From contig OZ241828.1 in assembly GCA_965202585.1 (NCBI GenBank), forward strand, positions 15,066,001 through 15,130,000: a stretch of 64,000 bases of DNA. The letters are read 5' to 3'. Position numbers and translations under genes: made by a program. This DNA is from Thalia democratica (lineage: Eukaryota). The notes beneath the pieces are model-generated. The model made no database searches. It was not told the origin of the DNA and worked only from the letters and a program-made list of their open reading frames with translations. Of the stretch, positions 14,601-26,600 are shown piece after piece; position 1 is the first letter of the stretch, and every line of letters starts with the position of its first letter.

Positions 14601-17600
14601 AACTTATTTACCTAATAAATATTCACATACAAATAATAAGTTATCAAAGCTTTAAAAATTAACAATAAAACAAGTTGATTAAATTTCATATAATAACATT
14701 TAATTTTGGTCAAAATGTATGTAAATAGTTTTTAAATATTCAATTTTAAAACTTTCAGGTTATTGAAACACTTACATTTACATCCAAAACACATTAAAAG
14801 TTAATAAATTAAAAGTTCACATTAACAGCCTTTTAAAGATTAAAATTTTAATTTAACAATTAATATATTTTCTTAGTACTGCTATGCACATATATTAAAA
14901 AAAGGTCTAATTGATCAATTAGAACATAAACTTCGGTTTTAATAAATGTATTTTTAGTTTTAGAAAGCTTTCGAAGCGTATTAAAATTAAAGCATAGATA
15001 ATATATTTATTTTTTAAGACATATTAAAAGATGTTAAAACCTATAAATCAAAAGTTTACAATTACATTATTTTAAATAATTAAAATATTATTATTTCAAA
15101 ATATTTTATAACCTACTGTTTAGAACGAAAACTTCGGTTTTAAAATTCGTTTCAATTTCAAACAAAGCATTCAAAGCGTGTTAAAATTTACGCATAGATA
15201 AAATATTTATGAATTTCAAGGCAACTTAAGTTCAACTGAAATTTAAATCGTTTTTAAACTTGAGACTGCAACCTTCTTTATTCGAAAGTTTTTAAAAGAC
15301 GTGTCTAAATATAAATACGTCGTACAAAATTAAATTTATCTTTTAAAACATATGAACTTTATTTAAAATACTTTATAGACATTTATTACTGCAAGATTTT
15401 TTAAATTACTAGTTATTTACCTTTTGATCGTTAGCATTTGAATTAAAAAAAAAAACTATAAATTTTAATTATAGTCAAGTTACTTATTAAAATAAACAGC
15501 CTCGTATTTATTTTTAGCCAATATAGTAGCTAAAACTTGATCAAATTAACTTGGAAAGTCATTTTAGACACGCTTATATGCTAATTAGTAAAATATCATT
15601 AGCTTTTAGTATACTAGGAAATTGACTTTTAAGCCTGTATTCTAAAAAATGCATGTTAAATAACGTACTGATTTTTAGCTTAAAATGTAGTAGATTACTT
15701 CAATGAAAGTTTGACAACTTTCAACTTGTTGATAAGAAAGTTTAAAGTCCATACATAATTTGTAGATCTAATTTAATACATGTTCTATTCAAATTACTTC
15801 TTAAAAACCAAGTTTCAAAGCAAACAATGTACTTAAAACTTGTTTGAAACATATTAAGTAGTAGGAAACTGTTTGTGTATTCAACCAAATACGTTCTACG
15901 AAAAAGCTATTTTGACCTTAATGTTTTTACTTTTTTCCAACTATTTTAATTTGAGTCAAGCTGTTTTTTTTTGCTTATTTGAGGTTAAAACATATATACA
16001 ATTGTTCTGAAAGTAACTAAAATATTCAACATTAAAGACGTTTTTATTTGAATGATTGTACATTTTCGTGTTTAGTAATGTATAAGCTTTTAATTTTTGC
16101 AGTAAACAGACCAGACAAAACTACATTTTAAACTGTACCTTACAGGAGAAGGCATGGAAAGCATTCATGTTTAAAGTTCATACAAGTTGCAAGTAATGTT
16201 GTAAATACCAGTAGTTGTATAAATGCTACAGGTTTTGTAGGAAGTCTTTCAAACTGAGGCTTTAGTGTTTATAGGTCATAATGCTTTAAAAAATAAAATA
16301 GCATGACTTTTGATATTAAGTAAGCCTGTAATTGAATTTCCCTGTATTCTTTGTAAATTTTGAGCTTAACCTAATCTAAGCCACGCGTACATTAAAACTT
16401 TATATAGATCTTAAAAGTCATAACACTTATAATTATGACAGTATAATTGCGACAGAAAACAACTTCTAATAGTCAGAAGCATTTTTGATGTCTGAGGCAA
16501 TTAAACAGATAGATTTTAAGTTTATAGTAAACTTATTTTTTGCTCAAAAGTCATTCGAATAAATTAAAGTAGTAGATTTAATCTTTATCTTACTGAAATT
16601 TAAACATTGTTTTTTTAGATAAAGTGTGCTGAAATGCATTACGTGTTCAATTTTACCATTCATAATTAATTAGACAGTTATTAGTCATAACATTTTGAAT
16701 TGCGTCAAAAGAATGAAATTGAGTATTCTATTTATTTTTCGATCACTAAAAAAATAATAACTATAAATTAACAGAAACTTTTATTACAGAAACACTTTTA
16801 AATTGTATGGATACAAATCTTTAGAATAAAACTAGGTAGACAAAAAATCATTATTTATATCCAAATTTAATTGTTTTTTTTTTAAACTTTGAAAATGCAA
16901 TTTCAATCTTAAGAATTCAATAAGTCAGCAATACATCAAATAAATTGAATTTAATTGCGCATGACCAAATTATTTTCTATAAATAAACCAATTTTCAACA
17001 GACCTAAATAAGTATCGCAATACAAAACAACTTGTGCAAAACGTCGTATAAAAATTATATTCAGAAATGGAAATATCTTATTTTTAACTGAATTGAAATT
17101 ACTTTAATTAACTATTTTTGTGGTCAATAACAGGGAAACTTAATTTTTTATGCAACTTTTGACGAGTTCAAGATAAACATAAAATTTTATAAACAAAATG
17201 TGGTAAGTTGTAAAGAAGTTGCTTTAAAGTTGCAACTTTTCTGCAAAAAAACTTTACAAAAAAAAATTTACAGCGTCAAAAACGAATTGTCATCAAAATT
17301 TTCGCGCAACCATCAGACCGTGACGAGCTCTCTCGCTTTCCACAAACTTCTCGAGTAAAAAAGCGCGCTCTCTCGATTTTATAAAACATCTGATTTCGAG
17401 AGACTCTCGTTTCAAAACGAGACAGAAGCTTATTGGAAGCTGTCAAAATTGTGCACGCAAATTTCGCGCGTTTAAGAAGATTTACATGAAAACGTTTGTG
17501 CGAGGTTTTCTTGGCAGTTGGAATATTTGAGACTTTCAAACTTTAAAATTTCAGTGGTATAATTTTACTTAAAAAACAGATACTTAATTTAAAAGTTTTT

Positions 17601-20600
17601 TTTTCTAGAACTTACTTACAAACTTTATAACTTCAAAGTTGTTTTTGAATTTAAATTTTTGAAATATATTTTGTAATAAATTAAAATGTTATCTTTTTGA
17701 AACAAATTAACAAAATTTAAAACAAGTTTTGTTAACAAAAAATATAATCCGATAAGATATAAGTACGTATGAAACTGTTGGCATAAAAAAAGGCTAATTT
17801 ATTTACGTTCTAAAATTAACTACACAACTTTATACGTGCCTTTCTTATACTGTGCTTTATTTCAATTTTATCCTTATAGAGTTTTTCACTTTTTTTGCAA
17901 CGAGACTAAAAATAGCAAATAAGCTATTTTTAGTTTATATTGGCCAATAATTATCACGAGTATATGTGTATATATATATTTTTTTTTACAAATTTTTATC
18001 AATATACAAAAAATTGTCAAGTTACAGAACTGCTATAGCTGCATGCTTTAAATATTACCATATGTTTCTGGACACAAAGATATTAATGAAAATATATCAT
18101 GGTTATTAAATTTATAATTAAGATTTTAAGTCATAACAAATTGTTTTTTATAAATCCAATAACCAACATGCGTGTGTGACAGGTTTAAATATCATAATTA
18201 GTCTGGAAACGAGAATTTAAAATAAAGAAAACATATCTTAAAAGGCCATGAACGCAAAAGCAATGAAGTAAAAGGACAAATCAAAATTGTTTCACAATTA
18301 AAACACTTATACAACCGAAAATCATAATAAAATACTACTAGAATGTAACAACATCACTCGTAGTCAATAACTATAAGGTACGAAATCGCGCGAAGTGATA
18401 GTTAATACTGTATAAATATTATCATTTCTTGTAAAAACACAAAAAATATTATTACCTGCTACAAGCAACTTCAACCTACTCTAAAACATAAACTGAGATA
18501 ACAAGTAAAATTTATAAATATCAGGAAATAAACATTAAGGCAATTTTTTAAGTACCAAAGTAACTATGAATTTGCGAAATAAAGATGAACACATGCAAAA
18601 CATATTGCAAAAGTTAATTTTAATGGAAACCGCTCAGTTCCAACCCGCATACAATTCCCAACCGATCGAATCCTAGAACCGCTCACCGACCAAGGGTAAC
18701 AGTGATAGTAAAACTTTGAAGACAAACAAAAAATAAATAAAAATAAATAACGAACTAAAATCAAAAACAAAATTGGGTATGAGTTGTGCGGGTGGGAATT
18801 GTTAGTACAAAAATTTTAATATATCAATAAACAACCAGCCTGAAGAGCGGAATTTAGATAGCACTAAAATGCACCAAAAATAACTATTTTCATACTAACA
18901 GCTTACAATACACAATAGAACTAAGCTAACAAGTGAAAGCTAAAATAAGAGGAAATAAATAACAGAGGTTATTTCAGTATCAAAGTACAAACTAGTTTAC
19001 AAAAAAAAAAACATGTAAGCTACAAAATAATGCAAACAGCTTTGCTAAGGTTGTACTTGTTCTACAAAATAAAAAAATATTCTACACATTCTTAATAACT
19101 GTACCAACCTGAACAACAGAATTGAGGTAGCAGGTATTTCCAAGGTTGTAAAGTCCAGTCACGCCAGGCAACTTGTTGAAACAATTCGCATTTCTCTTGC
19201 TTTCAACATTCTTTTTAGTTTTATTGTCGGTCAACTTGCGTTTCATCGTGACTTGGCTCTTTGACGTTGTCACCGTGATCGACTCTTTTCTGTTAAGTTT
19301 AATAAAACTAAATGCATTCAACTTTAAAAAGTCGTGTTTTAATTGTTTTAAATAAAACTTTGAATTAGTAGCTTGCAAGATTTAAAAAGAACGATTATAG
19401 ATAATATGTAAATATAAGTTTACATGAAACACAAGAACTTAATTTATTTTTAGAAAAATATCAATTTAAATCAAATATTTTTTCAACAAAGGTCATTTGT
19501 CTGACCTTAAATAGCAACCGTTATCTTTGCATGGTCAAACAAATAAACTTTTATTGATTTTTATTCACATTTATTTAGTTGAACCCTGTTTTAACACATT
19601 TTAGCTGTTTGAAACAATTGAAGTCGAAAAACCAGTTTGTTATTTTCAATTTATTCCAATAATTGCAAAAATACACATTTAAATAAGTATTTGTTGTAGA
19701 AAATGGAACAAATATTAGAGGCTTCTTATTATAACTGTTATTTTATGTGTAAACGTTTCTTTTTAATAATACAAATATACATTCTACACCAGGGTTTCCA
19801 AAACTCTTTTTTCAAATTGCCCCCTTTGAAGAAATTAAAAAACCTATTGGCCCCTCGAACAAGATTACTCAAAAAACTACATTTAAAACAATTAAGATCT
19901 TTTTTTTTTCTCTTCGTCTGCAACTCAAGAATATTTAGTGTAAGTTTCAAATATACTATAAAAACACCTAAGACCTAAAGGTTAAAAAAATACAACTAAC
20001 TTTACTTCCTTTTTGATCAGCTTTTCACACAGCTTCTGCTTCTTCAACACCGGACTGCTACTGGTTGACAGTCTCTTGCTTCTCCTGATCAGCTCTTTGT
20101 TGTTTGAGGAGTTCTTGGGAGCTTCCTGGGACCTCAGAAGCCTCTGTGTTAAATCTTGGTTCAGTTTTTCCTGATTGAGGGGAACCACCTTTTTGGCGGG
20201 TTCAACGTTTTCAAGTGGGTTCGAGGACTTTCTTTTCAGACCGAGGACCTTAAAAAAAATAAATTTTACTAATAAAGCTTTTTAAAATAAAACTGTTTTC
20301 ACTAGAATATTAAACAAAAAATACAAATTCACTTATAATGAGCAAAACTTGAGACCTTGAGAGATAAAACTGTTTTTGCTAAAACGTTTTCAAGTCATAA
20401 TATTTAGTCAAACTTTGAAATACAATAGCCAGCAAAGAGAACTTAAAAATAAATTTAATGTTTTAGCTGACACTTGTATTATAATCAGCACAAATAAAAC
20501 TATTTAATTAATTGACTTATTATTATTTGTTGTCATAAAAAGTATTATTCGTATAGAATATTAATTATACATTATTATTAATATATTTATTATTATTACA

Positions 20601-23600
20601 TATTATAACTTTTCTTTAAAATATTTCTCTTATATTTTTAACTTGAGTCATGCGAGCTTATTTTAAAAAGTCACGTAAGACCTTATTAAAGTACTAAAAA
20701 GAACTAATTTTTTTAGATAAGTAGAAAAGTAATTCCATTAAAATAACTAACAGAGCTTCTGGGCTGCGGGGTCTTGAGAACCACCAACGGGATGTTTTCA
20801 TCGTCCGACTCGTCTGAGCTTGACACCAATTCGTTTTCCTTGGTAGATGCGTCTTTAACAGGACTGATCGGTTCTTGTTTGACCAGGAAAGTTTTGTTTC
20901 CAGTCTTGTCTTTGGTGTTTGAATCGCTCGGTACAACTTTAGTGGGACTTATGGGCTCTTGTTTAACTGTGAAAACTGGTATCTTTTTAGTTGAAGTATT
21001 GTCCTTTGGATTGCTCAAAGGCTCTTTCGTTGGAGTTACTGGTTCTTGCTTCACCAAGAAGGTTTTACCTCCAGTAACCGTTTTATCTGTACTGCTTGGA
21101 GCGTCTTTAGTGGGAGTAACTGGTTCCTGTTTAATAGTAACATTAGCATTAGCTATACTTGAAGTATCTTTAGTGACAGTTTTGTCCTTTTTGCCAAGAC
21201 CTCTCGTTTTTCTAGTTCTAATCCTACCTGACGCAATATCTACCACAGCTTTATTATTCGATGCCGATTTTGTCTTTGTTGTTTTGCAGTTGTTATTCTT
21301 ATCTTTAGCTGTGGTCTTAACCTTTTTAACATTGCTTTTTGGTTTGGATAAAACTGGTTTATCTAATACTGGAGTTACTAAAGTTTTAGTTTTTGGCTCT
21401 ATTGGCTCAATTGCTTTCATTGTTGGTTTATCTTTTATTTCCTCTACAATTTTAGCATCGTTACTGGTTGTAATATTTTCTTTTGGCTTTGTTGCTTTGT
21501 CAATCTTAATGTCTTGTGTTTCTTTTCCATCAATATCATTTGAAGTTATTTTATCATTTGCATCCAACTTTACAGGTTCTGAGTTTTCTTCAACCTTTTC
21601 ATCACTAATTTTTACAATCTTCTTATCTGAATTGCTCGTCTCTGTAACAGTTGCTTCAACCTTGGCAGTATCAGCTTCTGCAACTTTCTCTTTTTTTACA
21701 TCTAAAGTTTTTTCAACCGTAATAACATTAGTTTCTGCTGCTTCAACTTTTTTAACATCCGGTTTTTTCTTCAAACAGATCAACGGTTCGTCTTCACTCG
21801 AATCTCCGGAAGTTGAGAACTTCTCAGGAATCAAGTTCGAAGACACCGAGTCGTTGTCTTCGGTGTTGACTGTGGAACAAGGCTCTGACTTGTCAGTGGG
21901 ATTTTCTTCTGTTTGCGCCTTGGTTGAAGGGTACAAGTCTTCGTCGTCGTAAGAAGGTAGGGAGCTTTTAGATGAAACCTTATCACTTTCGTCAGGAAGT
22001 AAAGGATTTTCAGATTTCAAATCTTTAGATGATATTGTTTCAATCTTTTCAGGAAGATTAGATTTTTCTTTGGACGGAACTTTGCCGCTTTCGTTAGGAA
22101 CAACATTCGAACTAGAATCTTTCGATGACGTTGTTTTACTCTCATCATCTAATGAACTTAACTTCTCAGTTGCTTTAGAAGCAAATTCTGTTTCCTCAGA
22201 TTTATCGCGCTCGTCTGGAACAATACTTGAATCTTTAGACGATGTCGTTTCAATCTTATCAGAAACAGAAGTATTTTCATGCTCGGGGTCTTTGGAGGAT
22301 GTTGTTCCAGCATCTGCTAAATTCAACTTCTCAGCGACTTTCTTAGAAACTGGCTCTGTTTGTTTGGATTTTTCAAAATCTTCAGACAAAGCTGCTGTAA
22401 CTTTATGGTTATCTTCAGAACAAACTTTCGAAGGGAAAGAACTTTTGGTTGTGATGTTAGTATCAAGTTTCTCAGATTTCTCTTCTGTAGTACTTTCATT
22501 GTCTTTGGATGAAGGCAAGGAATTTTCTTCCGAGGCTTCAGGAGAAAGCTGTTTTGATAAACAATTTTCAGTTTGTTCAACTTTTTCTAATGTTGTTTTA
22601 GCAGAAAGCGTCTCAGAAACATCCCTTTCTGAAGTGTGTGCATCATTTAATGTTGAAGGTAAAGAAGTTTTAACTGAATCTTTTGGAGAAATGTGATCAT
22701 CATTATTTGTTGGTATACTTTCGGATTGACTTTTAACTTTCTCAACTGTAGGTGTAGGGATTTCATCAGCAACTTCAGATGGTTTGTCAACAGCTGCTTT
22801 TTTCTTATTTTTATTTCTTAAAGTTCTACCTGTAACCTTTTTCAAGTCGTCTTTTGTTGAAGTGTCAACCTTGTCAGACACGGGAACTTTGTCTTCAGCA
22901 GAAACCAATTGATCTTCAGGTAAAGGTTTAAACTCAATAAAAGTTTTAGACGGTTTGTTATTGGCTGTTTGTTTCTTATCTACAGTTTCTAACGAACTAT
23001 CAGACATAGTTTCTGAGGTGTTTTTAGTCATTGCTACAGAGTCAATCTTTACTTCAGCTGTTAATGAAGTTTGGTTGTCTTCTACTTCAAGTACAAACTT
23101 TTTATCAACCTTATCAGCTGATAACTGTTTCTCTAACTCATTATGAACAGGCAAAACATCATTTTCAGAAATATCTTGGTCCTTCACAACATCATTTTGA
23201 GTAGGTTCAGTTTCTTTAGCACATTCAATGACAGTATTAGATTGAACAACTTTCGCTATTTGCATTGGTTCTAAAGGTTCAGGTGTTTCAGAAACAACTT
23301 CAGAATTTTCAGAAACGACTTCAGATTTTTCAGAAGCGACTTCAGATTGCTCAGAGACAACTTCAGATTTTTTTGAAACAATTTCAGATTTTTCAGAAAC
23401 AACTTCAGATTTTTCAGAAACGACTTCAGATTTTTCAGATACAACTTCAGATTTTTCAGAAACAACTTTAGGTGTTTCAGAGACAGCTTCAGATTTTTCA
23501 GAGACAGCTTTAGAGTTTTCAGAAACGACTTCAGATTTTTCAGAAACAATTTTAGGTGTTTCAGAGGCGACTTCAAGTTCTTGGTTGATCTCTTCAGGTT

Positions 23601-26600
23601 GTTTAGAAATTAAAACATCCTTAGTGACATCTTTATCAACTAGATTTAAACTGTCATCAATTTTGCTTGTTCCAACACTACTCTTTACTTTTTCATCAGC
23701 TGTTAAATGTGAAACAGCAACTTTTGGTGGTTTTGAAACACCTTTTGTCACTTTTTTACCTTTTTGTGTATCAACTGTTTTTTTGACAGTTTCTATTTCA
23801 CTTTTTGAAGCTGGTTGTTTGGAAACTTTTATTTTACTTTCATCAGGCTTGTCAGCTTCTTTCTTTTCTTTATGGTGATCAACAACTGTTTTCTTGTCTG
23901 TTTCAACACACTTTGAAACTTCTTCAGTACTTTTAGCTGTTTTTAGTGGGTCAACAGCATTACTTGAAGCTTTACTAGATTTAAAAACTTTCTTTTTACC
24001 TTGAAGAGAACCAGAAACATCTCGTGTAACTTCAGCAGGTTCCTTATTATTTTGATCAAGTGCTTTTTTATCTGCTGCAACATGCTTTGTTGGTACCTTA
24101 TTGTTTTTAGGAATTTGAACGACCTCTTTTGATGGTGGAATCAGTGTTTCTATACCCTCAGCTATCTCAAAATAATCAAAACCAACTTTGGTCATTTCTT
24201 CAGCCATTCTGCAAAGCGGGCCTTTGTTTTTGCCCGTGAAATCCTTTACAGTTTGGTGCAATTTTCTGTTATTTGTACTACTCTTAGGCTTGACAGGTTT
24301 TTTGGACTCTTTTTTATTTTTTAGTGGATCAGGAACAACTTTAGCCATTTCCTTGTTTACTTTGACTGATAAAGCCTTGCCTTTCAGCAGATTAGCTTTG
24401 ATGGTTTTGTTGGGTATTTTTTGCTTGGTAGGGCTGGCCAACAATTTAACAACCTCTTCCTGCTCGGAAGACATGAGCATTTCGAAAACGTTTCTTTTCT
24501 TCACTCCTTTGTTGGTTAACAGAGACTCTTTTGTGGAAGTTTGATCGCTCGTCGGTACTTCTTTAGGCTTCTCACTTATTTTTACCGGACTAGTTTTAGC
24601 TGAAATTTGTCCAGACTCTCTCGGCGGAGACATACTGAGCCTGGCGAACAAGCCCTGATCAGGAACAGACTTTATGCTCACTGAATCTTGTACTTGCTTG
24701 GCCTTTTCCGAAATTTTAACCGAAGCAGCTTTAACACTGTTCTGTTCGAGCATGCTGAGTTTGGCAAACAATCCCTGATCCGAACTAAACTTGTTATCGT
24801 TACGCTTTATGCTATTATTACACTTCAAAGGACTTTTAAGCGCTTCTCTTGCTTTCGAGGCGAAAACGTTCTTCTTCTTGATGGAGTTCTTGCGCGGCCG
24901 CTTGCACTTGGTGGGGCTCTTGCACACGGCCAGGCCCAGGATCGGGTCGGTGACGTCATAGTTGCTCTGCTGACGCGCTTCGCCGGTCACGACGCGCTCC
25001 TTGGCAACGAAACCCTCCGTGCTCTGAATGGCCTGCTTGATCTTGTCCTTGTTCAAGCTTTTCAAGTTCTGGAACAGCTGCTGGGACAAGTTGGACGACG
25101 ACTCCGAGTTGTTGTCGGAGCTTGAACCGAGGAAGGTCGTCATCTCGTGCACTTGCGAGAAAGTGACGTCCAGTTGCTTTTTGGCAGGAACTTCTCCGAC
25201 ACTTTTGCAGGTCGGTTGATTGTTTTGCGCTTCCTGCTCTTTCAAACTGGCGCTATTTTGATTTTTCAAGTCATCTCTATTTAGTTGTTCTGGTAAAGCT
25301 TCAACCGACTCCAAACAGTCCTCAATTGGCACTTTACTTTTCTTCTTGCTAGCGGCATCAAGTGGCAAAGAATCCTTCTTGGCTGTTGTTTCATCCGAAG
25401 TTTTTGAAGGCTTGTTTGTGATGGCTACTAATTTTTTGTCAGATTTCTTTTTAGTAACCTTAGTTTTAACAAGCAAGTCGTCAGTAGACACTTTGCTGGT
25501 CTTTGTAGAACTTTCAACTTTATCTTTCTTGTACTTATCAGAAAGTGGTTGAGCTGTAGCACTTTTGTTTGTATTTTTTGTCGCATTGAGAACTTTTCTA
25601 TCCGCTTCAACATTCTTGCTTGTCACAGAAACAGCAGCGTGACCCACAGCGTTTGCGTCAAAAGCAATGGGGTTTATTTTCTCATTGTTTTCAGGTTTCT
25701 TCTTCACAATCTGGTAGTCGAGAGAGTCGTTGCTCTCAACGTTTTTAATCAACCTCAGAGGAGTCACCGTGTCCTTTTCAAGCTTGTCAGAGTTTTCAAA
25801 CTTTTCCACCAACGTTTTGACGTTAACCACTTTGAAAGGGGTGAACTGGTGACTTTTAATTTCGCCAGAGTTTTCAGAAACATTTGGTGTATTTTTTACC
25901 TCTTTGACTAGTTTCAAAGGAGTGACTGTATTCTTTTCAACATTATCAGAAACATTATTGACTGTTTTATCAGCGAAAGACATGTTTATTTCGTTTTGCA
26001 CAATTTGGTCTGTCATTTCATTCAAAGTGATACTGACATCCAATTCGGTCTCTGCAATTTGAGACTCTTCTACAGTTGGTGGATTGTTGGACTTTTCAGA
26101 TCGAGTTTTAGCAGAATCAGCAAATTTGGTAGCTTCAGGTGTTCTTACGTCGTCAGGCTTGTCTGTCACAGCTGTTTGTTCAAACTTATGGGAAGCTTCT
26201 TTCTCAATTTTACCTGAATCAGACAAGTCTTTACCAGGCGAAATCTCCGCACTATTGTCTGAAACTTTAGGCTTGGAGCGCAGTGTTTTCTGAGGACTAA
26301 CTTCATTTTTATTTGAAGCAGCCTTGGAAGGCTGTTTTTCAGACAAATCAGACTTGGTTTTACTGACATCAGTATTTTGAGACTTTTGTGGTTTAGAGAC
26401 TGCTGAAGGCTGTGTGACAGTCAAGTTAGGCTTTTTAGTTTCAGATTTCGTGTGCTCAGACTCTGAAGGCTTCTTTTTGCAAACGTGCCCTTTTGGAGCC
26501 TCTTCAGCAACTATCTGTTTAGGAGAATGTTGTTTTTGAAGATTTTCCAAAGAATGCTTCTCAGCAGGTTTGTTCTCCCTGACTTTTGAGTCATTGTTAA

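Noticed and set aside
16090-16260. Possible + or - strand exon (QEKAWKAFMFKVHTSC)
   Set aside because: Splice-like signals exist, but there is no partner exon or recognisable motif.
18620-18805. GC-rich patch with AACCGCTCA direct repeats and an inverted ACAATTCCCA/ACCCGCA copy; ORF 18564-18770
   Set aside because: No termini, TSD, ribozyme core or coding signal; probably an unclassifiable transposon remnant.
19790-19865. hAT-like terminus CAGGGTTTCCAAAC
   Set aside because: Orphan end with no matching TIR or TSD.
23265-23576. Amphipathic-looking LKLFLKN and QKRLQIF ORFs
   Set aside because: Alternative frames of the 21-bp coding minisatellite.
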